Positions 22,231 through 32,735 are shown, counted from the stretch's first letter. The stretch: 64,000 bases of DNA from Desulfobacterales bacterium (GCA_963674755.2 CAXXVS010000003.1:1472001-1536000), one strand, 5' to 3'. The notes: a model not told the origin generated them from the letters alone. Program-made: numbers and translations.

Positions 22231-24015
22231 TCAGGCGGCATCCAAAATATGGCGCATTTTTTCGCTGAGCTGTTTCATGTTAAAGGGTTTTTGGATAAAG
22301 TCATTGCAGCCCCGTTCCAGGATCTCCGAGGCCTCGCCGCTGATGCTGTAGCCGCTGGAGAGAAGCACCTTGATATCCGGGTTGATTTTTTTCAATTCGT
22401 CGTAGGTTTTGCCCCCGCCCATATCCGGCATGATCATGTCCAGGATGACGAGATCGATTTCCTTCTCGTGGTCTTTGTAGGCCGCCAGGGCTTCCAGGCC
22501 GTTGCGGGCCGTGATGACTTTGTAGCCCAGCTCGTGCAATATCTCTTCGCCCACTTCCATGGTGATGTCCTCGTCATCCACCAGAAGAATAGTTTCACTG
22601 CCCTGCCGCAGTTCGCGCGGCTTCCGGGCCTCTTGTTCGACAATCTTGTCGGAGGCCGGCAGATAGAGGTTGAAGGTCGTGCCACGTCCCTTTTCGCTGT
22701 AGACGTTGATGTGGCCGCCATGGTTCTTGATGATGCCGTAGGCCGAGGCCAGCCCTAAGCCGGTGCCGCGTCCCATCTCCTTGGTGGTGAAGAAAGGCTC
22801 GAAAATGCGCTCCTGGGTGGCCTGGTCCATGCCGACGCCGGTGTCGACCACCGAGAGCTTGACATAGCGGCCGGGCTTCACCTTGTAAGGCGTTTTGTAG
22901 GTGTCGTCCAATTCCACGTCTTCGCTCAGCAGATGCAGATCGCCGCCGCCCGGCATGGCCTGCCAGGCGTTGACAAAAAGGTTGAGGAAGACCTGTTCCA
23001 TCTGGCCGCGATCCACGTCCACCGGCCAGGTGTCCCGAAGATACGCGGTGTGGATGCGGATTTCCTTCTTGGTGCGGCCGAACATCTGGGCGCTCTGGCT
23101 CACAAGCGCCCCCAGGGCAGTGGTTTTCACATTGTATTTGCCGCCCCGGGCAAACCCCAGCAGCTGTTTGGTCAGCTCCGACCCGTTCTGGATGTATTTT
23201 TCGATATTTTTCAGCTTCTCGTAGTGGGCGTGATCCGGCTCGATGCGGGCCAGCATGAGGGAGGCATTGCCCAGGATGCCCATCATGATGTTGTTGAAGT
23301 CATGGGCGATGCCGCTGGCCAGGGTGCCGACGGCTTCCATCTTCTGGGCCTGCTGCAGCTGGGCCTCCAGGCGCCGTTTTTCCTTTTCCACCCGCAGGCG
23401 CTCGGACACGTCCCGGCCCACGACCCGGAACCCGGCCGGCTCCCCTTTCTGGTCGCGCATGAGGGAAATGGAGAGTTCCAGAACCACTTCCGATGCATCG
23501 GGCCGGATGATTTCATAATTCGAAACGGGTTGGGATTCCCCGGTGAGGTAAATGTGGTTGAAGGCGTGGGAGAGCCGATCGGCGCTTTTGGGGCCTGCCA
23601 GGTCGCGGTTGTTCATTCCGATCAGTTTGGCGGTCGGGCGGTCGGCCATGCGGCAGAGGGCGCCGTTGACGAAAGTCAGCGTGCCCTGCAGATCGACCTC
23701 GAAATACCCCTCCTCCATGCTCTCGATGATGGTGCGATACTTGGCTTCGCTGTCCTGCAGTTGGGCATCCGATTCCCGGCGCTTGTTTATGGTGTACTGG
23801 ACGTGGGAACCGAAGATGGCAAACAGGCACAATACGAAGATGCGGCTCCAGCTGTTGTAGGAATCGGTCCCGGTCAAACGCTGGAGGAAATCGGCGCCTG
23901 GTGTGGAGAAAAAGTAGAAGAGGGATTCCAGCAGCCAATAAACCGCGGCCAGGGCGATGCCGGTCAGCACCATGGATTCGGAGAGGTTTTTGCTTTTGGG
24001 GAATTTCAGTGCCAT
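22231..24015 (-). CDS. Membrane hybrid sensor histidine kinase (PAS-HisKA-HATPase-REC)
   Basis: Two N-terminal TM segments, PAS, AHDFNN H-box, DTGVGM, FFTTK, GTGLGL, C-terminal receiver. Confidence 0.93.
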   Translation of the reverse strand: MALKFPKSKNLSESMVLTGIALAAVYWLLESLFYFFSTPGADFLQRLTGTDSYNSWSRIFVLCLFAIFGSHVQYTINKRRESDAQLQDSEAKYRTIIESMEEGYFEVDLQGTLTFVNGALCRMADRPTAKLIGMNNRDLAGPKSADRLSHAFNHIYLTGESQPVSNYEIIRPDASEVVLELSISLMRDQKGEPAGFRVVGRDVSERLRVEKEKRRLEAQLQQAQKMEAVGTLASGIAHDFNNIMMGILGNASLMLARIEPDHAHYEKLKNIEKYIQNGSELTKQLLGFARGGKYNVKTTALGALVSQSAQMFGRTKKEIRIHTAYLRDTWPVDVDRGQMEQVFLNLFVNAWQAMPGGGDLHLLSEDVELDDTYKTPYKVKPGRYVKLSVVDTGVGMDQATQERIFEPFFTTKEMGRGTGLGLASAYGIIKNHGGHINVYSEKGRGTTFNLYLPASDKIVEQEARKPRELRQGSETILLVDDEDITMEVGEEILHELGYKVITARNGLEALAAYKDHEKEIDLVILDMIMPDMGGGKTYDELKKINPDIKVLLSSGYSISGEASEILERGCNDFIQKPFNMKQLSEKMRHILDAA

Positions 24016-24119
24016 GCCGTCGCCAGTTCAGGATGAGGATCATTCATTTTATAGGCAAAAGTCCGGGGTGAGTCAATCATTGCCGCGCGATTGATCATTG
24101 GCCCCGTGTCGGGGGGGAC

Positions 24120-24815
24120 TCACAGATCTGCCAGGCGTCCATGCTCGGCCAGGGAGGCCAACTGGTCCCGGTCCAGAAGGCCGATTTCCCTGCCGTTGAC
24201 GCGGATCAGTCCCTTGGACGACATGCGGTTCAGGATCCGTGACAGGGTCTCGGGAATCGTGCCGATAATGCTGGCCAGCTGGGCTTTGGAGATGTTGAGC
24301 GCCAGGCGTTCCGCGCCCTGCTTCTCGTCGCTGAGATAGAGCAGATAGGACGCCAGACGGGCCGGGACTTCCTTGAGAGAGATGCTTTCGATCTGCACCG
24401 TAAATTCCCGCAGGCGGTTGGACAGGATGGCCAGCATGTTGAGGGCCAGGGTGGGGCGGGCCCGGATCAGGTCCACAAAAGCCCGGCGCGGGAAAAACAG
24501 CAGGCGGCTTTCGGTGATGGCCTGGGCGTTGGCCGGAAAGGAATCGCCGGCAAAGACCGCCACCTGCCCCAGGGGTTCTCCGCTGCCCAGGATGTGCAGG
24601 ATCTGTTCCTTGCCCTCGGGGGACATCTTGAACACCTTTATTTGGCCGCTGAGGATCAGAAAAAAACCGCGGCCCTCCTCGCCGTCGCTGAAGACCAACT
24701 GGTTGCGCTGATAGGTGCGCTCGGAGGCAATCTGCTGGATACGCTCCAGCTCCCCGTCGGGCAATCCCCTGAAAAACAAGACGTTGGCAAGCAATTGGCG
24801 GATATCCGTTTCCAT
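24120..24815 (-). CDS. hcpR: Crp/Fnr-family regulator, HcpR type
   Basis: cNMP-binding fold plus HTH LASIIGTIPETLSR, no Fnr N-terminal Cys cluster; divergent from the hcp cluster; TTGAC-N4-GTCAA boxes nearby. Confidence 0.8.
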   Translation of the reverse strand: METDIRQLLANVLFFRGLPDGELERIQQIASERTYQRNQLVFSDGEEGRGFFLILSGQIKVFKMSPEGKEQILHILGSGEPLGQVAVFAGDSFPANAQAITESRLLFFPRRAFVDLIRARPTLALNMLAILSNRLREFTVQIESISLKEVPARLASYLLYLSDEKQGAERLALNISKAQLASIIGTIPETLSRILNRMSSKGLIRVNGREIGLLDRDQLASLAEHGRLADL

Positions 24816-24888
24816 GGTGCTCCTCGCTGGGGCGGCGTTTGAGGGACCGTGTCGTGCCGATGATGCCCCACGCCTTAGATCAAAAAGA

Positions 24889-24902
24889 TTGACCTAAGTC
24901 AA
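24889..24902. promoter_or_regulatory. HcpR/Crp-Fnr box
   Basis: TTGACCTAAGTCAA between hcpR and the cytochrome operon. Confidence 0.8.
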
Positions 24903-25185
24903 TTTTTGAGGTTGCCCGCTATGGTACCATAAAAAATGAATGCTATTTATCTATTGACAGTCCATCGGTGAGAAAGATACGCATGACGATACAGACAATT
25001 GCCTTCACGCAGATCCAACTCGCCCGTCGCTTTACCGGATCCCGGGGTACTGCACTTCCATAGCGCCTGTTGGCCCTCTTATTGCCGCCGAATGAAATGA
25101 CCGCCTAACGGAACGTTTTCAGAGCCGCAGGACACCCCATAAAATGTTTTGAACGGATTTACCGACACCACGGCAGGCACGGATC

Positions 25186-25716
25186 ATGAAAAAAAAGTAT
25201 ATTATTGCAGGATCCCTCATTGTCCTGGGCGTTCTTATCGCGTTTCCCCTTTTCAGCATGACCTACTACACCATGGTGCGTACCTCCACCCCGCAGTTTT
25301 GCTCGTCCTGCCACGAAATCGGTTTTGCTTACAATACCTGGAGAACCTCCACCCACGTCAACAACGGCCAGGGGTTCGTCGCCGTTTGCATGGACTGCCA
25401 TCTTCCCGCCCCACAAAACACGTTCGACTTTTTTTACGCCAAGACCTTCCACGGTCTCAAAGACGTGGCGGCACATTTCTTCGCGGGCCCGTACAATCAC
25501 GAGGAGAGTCGGGAGAAAGCCTACGCCTCCATCAAAAACGATCAATGCCTGAAATGTCACCAAAACCTCATCTATATGCCCTATAAACGCGGGGCCATGC
25601 TGGCCCATCGGTCGGTCCTCTATCCCCGGCCGGGGTATGAGCTGAGCTGTTTTGATTGCCACCGGAACCTGGTGCATAACGAGAAGCCTTATTACAACTA
25701 TAAAACGTGTGGTTAG
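25186..25716 (+). CDS. NapC/NirT/NrfH-family tetraheme quinol dehydrogenase
   Basis: N-terminal TM; CSSCH, CMDCH, CLKCH, CFDCH. Confidence 0.9.
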   Translation: MKKKYIIAGSLIVLGVLIAFPLFSMTYYTMVRTSTPQFCSSCHEIGFAYNTWRTSTHVNNGQGFVAVCMDCHLPAPQNTFDFFYAKTFHGLKDVAAHFFAGPYNHEESREKAYASIKNDQCLKCHQNLIYMPYKRGAMLAHRSVLYPRPGYELSCFDCHRNLVHNEKPYYNYKTCG

Positions 25717-25808
25717 CGGCTGTTCTCAAAAGCATTTTGGGCACACGCGTCCGATCAGGCGCTTTAACTGCGGTGGGCTTTTATCCAGCATACAAGGAGG
25801 GGCGAGCA

Positions 25809-27215
25809 GTGAAAAAGGAACGCATAGCAATGATGTGGGTGGCGATGCTTCTGATTTTGGGGAGTTGGCACCCCCAAGTCGCCGCTGAGGAACCGCAAGC
25901 CACGAATTTCCCCAAAGCCAAAGCGTTTCGTATCGAGCGCGGCATGTCCCCGGCGGCCCAAGCCTGTATCGAATGTCACAAGGCGGAAAGCCCCGCGATT
26001 TTCGTGGATTGGTCCATGAGTCTTCACGCCAAGGCCAATATCACCTGTCTGGACTGCCATCAGGCCGAAGCGACCGACGCGGATGTAAGCCAGCAGCACT
26101 TCAAGCAGTATGAACGGACCGACACGCCCTGGGGCACAGCCGATTATCGGGCGCCGGTGTCCGCGGTGGTGACCCCCAAGGATTGCTCTCGCTGTCATCC
26201 GGATGAAGTCAAGCAGTACGGCCAAAGCAAGCATGCGCACACCCTGGAGATCATTTGGAAAATAGACCCCTGGCTGAATGCCGGCCTGAACAGCGATGTC
26301 GAGCGGGCAACCGGCTGCTTTCATTGCCATGGCACGGTATTGAAGACAAAAGACGGCCAGTTGGACCCCTTGACATGGCCCAACGTGGGGGTGGGAAGGC
26401 GCAACATGGACGGCAGCCTCGGCAGTTGCAGCAGCTGTCATACCCGGCACCGGTTCTCCGTCATGGACGCCCGCAAACCGGAAGCCTGCGGCCAGTGCCA
26501 CCTCGGCCCCGACCATCCCCAAATCGAGATTTTCAAGGAATCCAAACATGGCGACATTTATGACGCCTTCGGCCAGGATTATAACTGGGACGCCGCACCG
26601 GGGACCTGGACGCCGGGCGTGGACTACCGCGGTCCCACCTGCGCGTCGTGCCACATGTCAGGGTCCGGCAAGGTGTTGACCTCCCACAACGTGGGCGAAC
26701 GCCTTTCCTGGGAACTCCAGGCGCCGCTCACGATTCGTCCGTCGGAGTTCAAACCCTTTCCATCGCCCACCAACTGGGAAGTGGAACGCAACAAAATGAA
26801 AGACGTCTGCCTTCAGTGCCATGGACCTGAGTGGGTGAACGACCACTTTATCAAGCTGGACAAGGTGGTCATGGACTATAATGACGTTTACTTCAAACCG
26901 ATGAAGAAGAAGCTGGACGAACTCTATGCCAAGAAACTGATGGATCCCCAAAAGTTTTTTACGGAGCCGCTCTTTTTCGAGTTCTATGAGTTGTGGCACC
27001 ATGAAGGCCGACGGGCCCGCATGGGGACGGCCATGATGGCCCCGGACTATACCTGGTGGCATGGTTTTTATGAATGCAAGAAGCGCTATGTCCACTTCAT
27101 GAAGGAAGCCGACGACTTGCTGAAAAATAACCAAAAGGCCTATGAGGCCCCGGTGTTTCCGGGATCCGGCGGCAACACCCAGAAACCGCCCGAGATTTTC
27201 GGCAAAGCCGAATAG
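25809..27215 (+). CDS. Periplasmic octaheme cytochrome c, hydroxylamine oxidoreductase (epsilon-Hao)-like
   Basis: Signal peptide; 8 CxxCH; CSSCHTRHRFS, CGQCHLGPDHPQ, PTCASCHM, WHHEGRRARMG..PDYTWWHG; GTG start after AAGGAGG. Confidence 0.85.
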   Translation: MKKERIAMMWVAMLLILGSWHPQVAAEEPQATNFPKAKAFRIERGMSPAAQACIECHKAESPAIFVDWSMSLHAKANITCLDCHQAEATDADVSQQHFKQYERTDTPWGTADYRAPVSAVVTPKDCSRCHPDEVKQYGQSKHAHTLEIIWKIDPWLNAGLNSDVERATGCFHCHGTVLKTKDGQLDPLTWPNVGVGRRNMDGSLGSCSSCHTRHRFSVMDARKPEACGQCHLGPDHPQIEIFKESKHGDIYDAFGQDYNWDAAPGTWTPGVDYRGPTCASCHMSGSGKVLTSHNVGERLSWELQAPLTIRPSEFKPFPSPTNWEVERNKMKDVCLQCHGPEWVNDHFIKLDKVVMDYNDVYFKPMKKKLDELYAKKLMDPQKFFTEPLFFEFYELWHHEGRRARMGTAMMAPDYTWWHGFYECKKRYVHFMKEADDLLKNNQKAYEAPVFPGSGGNTQKPPEIFGKAE

Positions 27216-27517
27216 AACCGGGGCCGTATCCGGTTTGACAAGGGTAACCATAAACGCGTGGGGGGGCAGGGGCGTAACGCTTCGGCCCCCCATGCGTTGG
27301 TTCGTGTGGCGTTTCCCTCTGGCGATCACTGGGCGGAGACGCGATGCGTATTCATCCGCCTGCTGGCCAGCGCGAGAAACCGGCACCCTATACTTCCCCG
27401 TACCCCGCCCGTACCCCTCCTGATGCGACCGGGTAGGAGCGCTTGCCCCCCCCAGCGCCCTGATTACCCCGTCGCTACCCAAGCCTTTCCCGTTTTTTTG
27501 AGGATCTGAAGGGAAAG

Positions 27518-27531
27518 TTGACTTACGTCAA
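27518..27531. promoter_or_regulatory. HcpR box upstream of hcp
   Basis: TTGACTTACGTCAA, about 95 nt before the hcp ATG. Confidence 0.82.
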
Positions 27532-27626
27532 TGCGCATTTACGGTCATGGGGATAGATAGGCGGACAGGATGAACGAAAAGGACGACAGTCAAAGCGGTT
27601 AACCCATATCCTCAAGGAGGCATTCC

Positions 27627-29255
27627 ATGTTTTGTTTTCAATGCGAACAGACGGCCAAAGGCGAAGGCTGCACCAAACTCGGCGTGTGCGGCAAACAGCC
27701 GGATACGGCGGCCTTGCAGGATCTTTTGATTTACGCGGTAAAAGGGCTTTCGATGGTGGCCCGGGCCGGCCTCAAGGTTGGCGTACGGGCCGGCGCCGTG
27801 GACCAATTTGTCTGCGAGGCGATTTTCTCCACCCTGACCAATGTGGATTTCGATCCGGACCGCTTCGTGGCCCTGATCAACGAATGTGTGGCCCTGCGGA
27901 GCCGGTTGGCGACCAAGGTCAAAGCGGCCGGCGGGCAGGTGGACGAGGGCCAGGCGGCGGTCACCTTCACGCCGGAAGCCACCCGCGAAGGCATGGTGGC
28001 CCAAGGCGGGACGGTGGGCGTTCCCACGGGGCCGGAGATCAACGTGGATATCCGTTCCCTGCGGGAACTTTTGGTCTACGGCACCAAAGGTCTGGCCGCC
28101 TACGCGGATCATGCCCGGATCCTGGGACAGGAAGACCCGGCCATCTATGATTTCATTTACGAGGCCATGGCCGCCACCCTGGACGAGAGCCTCGGGGTGG
28201 ACGAGCTGGTGGGCCTGGCCCTCAAGTGCGGGGAGGTGAACCTGCGGGCCATGGAACTCCTGGATGCCGGCAACACCGGCACTTACGGCCACCCGGTGCC
28301 CACCAAGGTGCCCCTGGGGGCCAAACAGGGCAAGGCCATCCTCGTTTCGGGGCACGATCTCAAGGATCTCGAGGAGATCCTCAAACAGACTGCAGGCAAG
28401 GGCATCAACGTCTATACCCACGGCGAGATGCTGCCCTGCCACGGGTATCCGGGGTTGAAAAAATATTCCCATTTCTACGGGCACTACGGCACCGCCTGGC
28501 AGAACCAGGCCAAGGAATTCGCCGCTTTCCCGGGCGCCATTCTGATGACCACCAATTGCATCCAGCGGCCGGCGGAAAGTTATAAGGATAACATTTTCAC
28601 CACCGGCCTGGTGGGCTGGCCCGGAGTGTCGCATATCGCCGACAAGAACTTTGCCCCGGTGATCGCGAAAGCCCTGGACATGCCGGGTTTCAGCGCGGAT
28701 GCGCCCGGTAAGGAAGTCCTGGTGGGCTTCGGCCACAATGCCGTCCTGGGGGTGGCCGGACAAGTTGTCGAGGCCGTCAAGAACAAGGCCATCCGGCACT
28801 TTTTCCTGGTGGGGGGCTGCGACGGGGCCAAGACCGGCCGCAACTACTACACCGAACTGGTGGAGAAGATCCCTGGGGACTGCGTCGTGCTGACCCTGGC
28901 CTGCGGCAAGTTCCGTTTCTTCGACAAGGATCTGGGGGACATCGGCGGCATTCCACGCCTGCTCGATATCGGCCAGTGCAACGATGCCCATTCGGCGATT
29001 CAGATTGCGGTGGCCCTGGCCGGGGCGTTTGACTGCGGCGTGAACGATTTGCCCCTGTCCATGATTTTGTCCTGGTACGAGCAGAAAGCCTGTGTGATTC
29101 TGCTCTCCCTGTTGCATCTGGGGATCCGGGACATCCGCCTGGGACCCAGCCTGCCGGCCTTCATTTCGCCCAACGTGCTGGATGTACTGGTGAAAAACTT
29201 CAACATCATGCCCATCGGCTCCCCGGACGAGGATCTGAAGGCCATCCTGGGGTAG
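27627..29255 (+). CDS. hcp: Hybrid cluster protein (hydroxylamine/NO reductase)
   Basis: MFCFQCEQT..GCTKLGVCGK, SGHDL, THGEMLP, TTNC, GGCDG, LACGKF, GQCNDA, WYEQKA. Confidence 0.98.
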   Translation: MFCFQCEQTAKGEGCTKLGVCGKQPDTAALQDLLIYAVKGLSMVARAGLKVGVRAGAVDQFVCEAIFSTLTNVDFDPDRFVALINECVALRSRLATKVKAAGGQVDEGQAAVTFTPEATREGMVAQGGTVGVPTGPEINVDIRSLRELLVYGTKGLAAYADHARILGQEDPAIYDFIYEAMAATLDESLGVDELVGLALKCGEVNLRAMELLDAGNTGTYGHPVPTKVPLGAKQGKAILVSGHDLKDLEEILKQTAGKGINVYTHGEMLPCHGYPGLKKYSHFYGHYGTAWQNQAKEFAAFPGAILMTTNCIQRPAESYKDNIFTTGLVGWPGVSHIADKNFAPVIAKALDMPGFSADAPGKEVLVGFGHNAVLGVAGQVVEAVKNKAIRHFFLVGGCDGAKTGRNYYTELVEKIPGDCVVLTLACGKFRFFDKDLGDIGGIPRLLDIGQCNDAHSAIQIAVALAGAFDCGVNDLPLSMILSWYEQKACVILLSLLHLGIRDIRLGPSLPAFISPNVLDVLVKNFNIMPIGSPDEDLKAILG

Positions 29256-29359
29256 CGGGATCGGACTGGCTATCCGTTTGATCGGCATTATCCTAGACGG
29301 GCGGTCGGCCAACGTTTCCGGCCGCCCGCCAGGCGCACGTTCAACGGGAGGATACAGCG

Positions 29360-30085
29360 ATGAAATGCCCGGGACAGGATATGCAATTCTGGAAAGCAGG
29401 GGATATTTTCGAAGTGGAATGCCCCCATTGCGGCCGTACCGTGGAGTTTTTCAAAGACGACACGGCCCGGCGCTGCGGCCACTGCGGCCATCGTTTTGCC
29501 AATCCCAAAATGGATTTCGGCTGTGCCGCCTATTGCCCCTTTGCCGAACAATGCATCGGCGATCTGCCGCCCGAGGTGGCCGCCCAGCAGGAAAATCTGC
29601 TGAAGGACAAGGTGGCCGTGGCTGTCAAACAATACTATGGCCGGGATTTCCGGCGCATTGGCCATACTTCCCGCGTAGCCCGTTATGCCGAACAGCTGGC
29701 CCGGGCGGAAAACGCCAACCTGGCGGTGGTGTTGGCGGCGGCCTTTCTACTGGATGTGGATCAGGCCGGACCGTCCCAGACGCCCGGCGATAAGGACGGG
29801 ACCGGCCGCGGCAATGGGGGGACGGCGGTGGCACGGGCCATTTTGGACCGGGTCCATGCCCGCCAGGACATGACGGACGCGGTTTGTGATGTGATCCAAC
29901 AGGTCCAGGGCGGCAACGGCGATGCCTCCCGCGAGGTGGGGGTTGTGCGCGATGCCATGCTCCTGGCCGGGTTGGAAGAACAGAAAAGAGACGGGAATCT
30001 GCAAGCGGACAGCCTGTCCAGGATGTCGACGGCCTGTCATACCGCCGCCTGTCAGCAGCAAGCCGAAACTCTCCTGAATGCGTGA
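29360..30085 (+). CDS. Zn/Fe-ribbon (CPG..CxxC..CxxC..CxxxC..C) domain fused to a degenerate HD-like domain
   Basis: MKCPGQD..CPHCG..VEFFKDD..CGHCG..FGCAAYCPFAEQC; RRIGH..AAFLLDVD where HD is expected. Confidence 0.7.
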   Translation: MKCPGQDMQFWKAGDIFEVECPHCGRTVEFFKDDTARRCGHCGHRFANPKMDFGCAAYCPFAEQCIGDLPPEVAAQQENLLKDKVAVAVKQYYGRDFRRIGHTSRVARYAEQLARAENANLAVVLAAAFLLDVDQAGPSQTPGDKDGTGRGNGGTAVARAILDRVHARQDMTDAVCDVIQQVQGGNGDASREVGVVRDAMLLAGLEEQKRDGNLQADSLSRMSTACHTAACQQQAETLLNA

Positions 30086-30111
30086 AAACGGAACTAATGA
30101 GGTAAGCATCA

Positions 30112-30870
30112 ATGAAAGTCGTGCGAAAGATCATCGAAATCGACGAAGAACTCTGCGACGGCTGCGGCCAGTGCGTCACCGGGTGTGCGGAAGGGGCGCT
30201 CGCCATTATCGACCACAAGGCGCGTGTCATTTCGGACAATCTGTGTGATGGCCTGGGCGCCTGCATCGGGGAGTGTCCCACCGGCGCCCTGCAGATCGTG
30301 GAGCGCGAAGCCGAGGAGTTCGACGAGAACGCGGTCGAGAATCACCTGGCGCAGCAGCCCCGCGAACAAGCGGTCAGCACACCGGCCATGGGGGGCGGGT
30401 GCCCGTCGGCCGGCATCCAAATGTTCACCCCGCAGGCTCCGGATGCCGGGCCGCGCCACAAGGCGGCCAAGGACGATGAAATGCCTTCCGCCCTGTCCCA
30501 CTGGCCGATCAAACTGCGCCTGGTACCGCCCCATGCGCCGTTTTTAAAGGAGGCGGATTTGCTGGTATTGGCCGATTGCGGCGCCATTGCTTTTCCTACG
30601 CTGCATCGCGACTTGCTGCAGGGCCGCGTGGTGCTGGCGGGCTGTCCTAAATTTGATGATGTGGCCCTGTACGAAGAGCGGCTCACCCAGATTTTCAGGC
30701 AGGCGCACATCCGGACCGTTACCGTGGTCCGCATGGAGGTCCCCTGTTGCGCCGGGCTGCAAGCCCTGGTGCTGAAATGCCTCCGGTCGTCCGGTGCAGA
30801 CATCCCGGTGGAAGAAATCGTGATTTCCGCCACGGGCCGGCGGGTGGACCCCTCCCGCCGTTTATCCTGA
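30112..30870 (+). CDS. 2[4Fe-4S] ferredoxin-domain protein (hcp-associated FrdX type)
   Basis: CDGCGQCVTGC, CDGLGACIGECP, WPIKL, ADC, GCPKFD, MEVPCC. Confidence 0.85.
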   Translation: MKVVRKIIEIDEELCDGCGQCVTGCAEGALAIIDHKARVISDNLCDGLGACIGECPTGALQIVEREAEEFDENAVENHLAQQPREQAVSTPAMGGGCPSAGIQMFTPQAPDAGPRHKAAKDDEMPSALSHWPIKLRLVPPHAPFLKEADLLVLADCGAIAFPTLHRDLLQGRVVLAGCPKFDDVALYEERLTQIFRQAHIRTVTVVRMEVPCCAGLQALVLKCLRSSGADIPVEEIVISATGRRVDPSRRLS

Positions 30871-31315
30871 GCTGCCGGGGATCAGGGGCATGGTGGCCCC
30901 CGGTCCCGATGTGCCAAAACGCAAAACTTGCAAGTCCGGCACGAGTCTGCTATCACTTGCCTTGCTTGGAAGCCTACTGCGCAGCGGGTGTTAACACCCG
31001 TTACTTGGCGCCATCCCCTCGAATCCCTATTGCATCTTCAAGCAGTGTGTTCAGGCTTCTGATTTTCCGTAGCAATTGCCTCATATTTTTTATTTTATGA
31101 GACAGTCTGTCTCAGATTAACGCCCTTATGCCTATCGATCCCTGATCGGCTGGCCTGGTGTCGGGTTTTGGGTTCTGTCTCACGACGGCGATGGCCGCAG
31201 CGGTTGGCCTTGTGTATCACAAAGACAGTGTCGCGGTTTGGCGATCGTTTTCCCGGATTGCGGTATGCTGAAATAAATTTATAGAATTCAATGGGTTGTA
31301 AATTTTCGCATTCAA

Positions 31316-31331
31316 TGGCATGCCATTTGAA
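31316..31331 (+). promoter_or_regulatory. Possible sigma54 promoter for the rbr-dfx-cyd operon
   Basis: TGGCATGCCATTTGAA (GG-N10-GA, non-canonical -12), AT-rich tract upstream. Confidence 0.4.
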
Positions 31332-31407
31332 ATAGAAACAGGCACAATGACGACCGATAGCACCCCAGGGGGAACTACCGGGAGTATCTATAGGAGCCTG
31401 TTCAGCC

Positions 31408-31617
31408 TTGAAACCTTGCGACCAGAACATTCTAAAGACGCTGCACCTCGTGGATGAGATGATCGCCCTGGCGAACCGCGGCGACGAAGACCGCGAGGAC
31501 GTGGGATGCGGCGTCTTGTACGGTGTCCTCAGAGATACGGCCTATAAGCTGAAGCGTATGGCCGAGGAAGAAAAGCGTTCCCATCAGGAAAAGGGGTGGT
31601 GGCCCCTGGAGCAATGA
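31408..31617 (+). CDS. Small hypothetical helical protein
   Basis: 69-aa ORF with host-like codons (GDEDREDVGCGVLYG), TTG start, AGGAG upstream, first gene before rbr. Confidence 0.7.
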   Translation: MKPCDQNILKTLHLVDEMIALANRGDEDREDVGCGVLYGVLRDTAYKLKRMAEEEKRSHQEKGWWPLEQ

Positions 31618-31689
31618 TACCCTGATCGATTTCAACCGTGGTTTTTTGTTAAATTATTTCACCTTAATTTTTTTAAAGGAGGATGACGA

Positions 31690-32265
31690 GTGTCAACGTT
31701 AAAAGGAAGCCAGACCGAGAAGAACTTGCTCGCCTCGTTTGCCGGGGAATCCCAGGCGCGTAATCGCTATACCTATTTCGCCAAACAGGCCCAAAAAGAC
31801 GGTTACGTTCAGATTGCGCGCATTTTTGAAGAAACGGCCAATCAGGAAAAGGAGCATGCCAAACGGCTGTTCAAGTTTCTCGAAGGGGGCGAAGTCGAGG
31901 TGGTGGCCGCCTTCCCGGCCGGTGTTATCGGTGGAACCTACGACAATTTGATGGCCTCCGCCGATGGTGAGCGTTACGAACACACGGAAATGTATCCGGG
32001 GTTTGCCAAAGTGGCTCGCGAAGAGGGCTTCGATGCGATCGGCATGGTCATGGAAATGATTGCGGTGGCCGAGAAACAGCACGAAAAACGCTATGTCGAA
32101 TTGGCCGGCAACCTGAAGGCCGACCGGGTCTTCAAGCGGGAACAGACCGCCAAGTGGCGTTGTTTGAACTGCGGTTACGTAACCGAGGGCGTCCAGGCGC
32201 CTGAGATGTGCCCGGCCTGCGCCCACCCCCAGGCCTATTTCGAACTGCTGGGCGAGAACTGGTAG
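31690..32265 (+). CDS. rbr: Rubrerythrin
   Basis: [21 protein letters not shown] diiron ligands; CLNCGY..CPACAHP; GTG start with AGGAGG RBS. Confidence 0.97.
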   Translation: MSTLKGSQTEKNLLASFAGESQARNRYTYFAKQAQKDGYVQIARIFEETANQEKEHAKRLFKFLEGGEVEVVAAFPAGVIGGTYDNLMASADGERYEHTEMYPGFAKVAREEGFDAIGMVMEMIAVAEKQHEKRYVELAGNLKADRVFKREQTAKWRCLNCGYVTEGVQAPEMCPACAHPQAYFELLGENW

Positions 32266-32360
32266 CCATCACCCACCGCCCCCTGCATCCCTGCCCGGCC
32301 GGGGGGATGCGGGCGGCCCCAACGGGGTCGTCGAAGATCCCAAGCCATAAGGAGAGAAAA

Positions 32361-32735
32361 ATGGCCGAACGCTATGAAATTTACAAGTGCGAACTTTGTG
32401 GCAACATCGTCGAAGTCCTGCATGGCGGTGCCGGTGAGCTGGTTTGCTGCGGACAGCCCATGAAGTTGTTTACCGAAAATACGGTCGATGCCGCCAAAGA
32501 AAAGCACGTGCCGGTGGTTGAAAAAGTCGACGGTGGCTTTAAGGTCAAGGTGGGCTCGGTGGCGCACCCCATGGAAGAGAAACATTACATTGAATTTATC
32601 GAAATCATCGCCGACGGCAAGATTTACCGGCAGTATCTCAATCCGGGCGACGCCCCCGAGGCGGTGTTCAATATTGCGGCCAGCAACGTGACGGCCAGGG
32701 AGTATTGCAATCTGCACGGGCTGTGGAAGGCCTAA
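32361..32735 (+). CDS. dfx: Desulfoferrodoxin (2Fe superoxide reductase)
   Basis: [35 protein letters not shown]. Confidence 0.97.
   Translation: MAERYEIYKCELCGNIVEVLHGGAGELVCCGQPMKLFTENTVDAAKEKHVPVVEKVDGGFKVKVGSVAHPMEEKHYIEFIEIIADGKIYRQYLNPGDAPEAVFNIAASNVTAREYCNLHGLWKA

Noticed and set aside
25809..27215. NrfA or octaheme nitrite reductase assignment
   Set aside because: All eight heme motifs are CxxCH, with no CxxCK; C-terminal motifs are Hao-like
30938..30954. Sigma54-like site CCGGCACGAGTCTGCTA
   Set aside because: GG-to-GC spacing is 9 nt rather than the required 10
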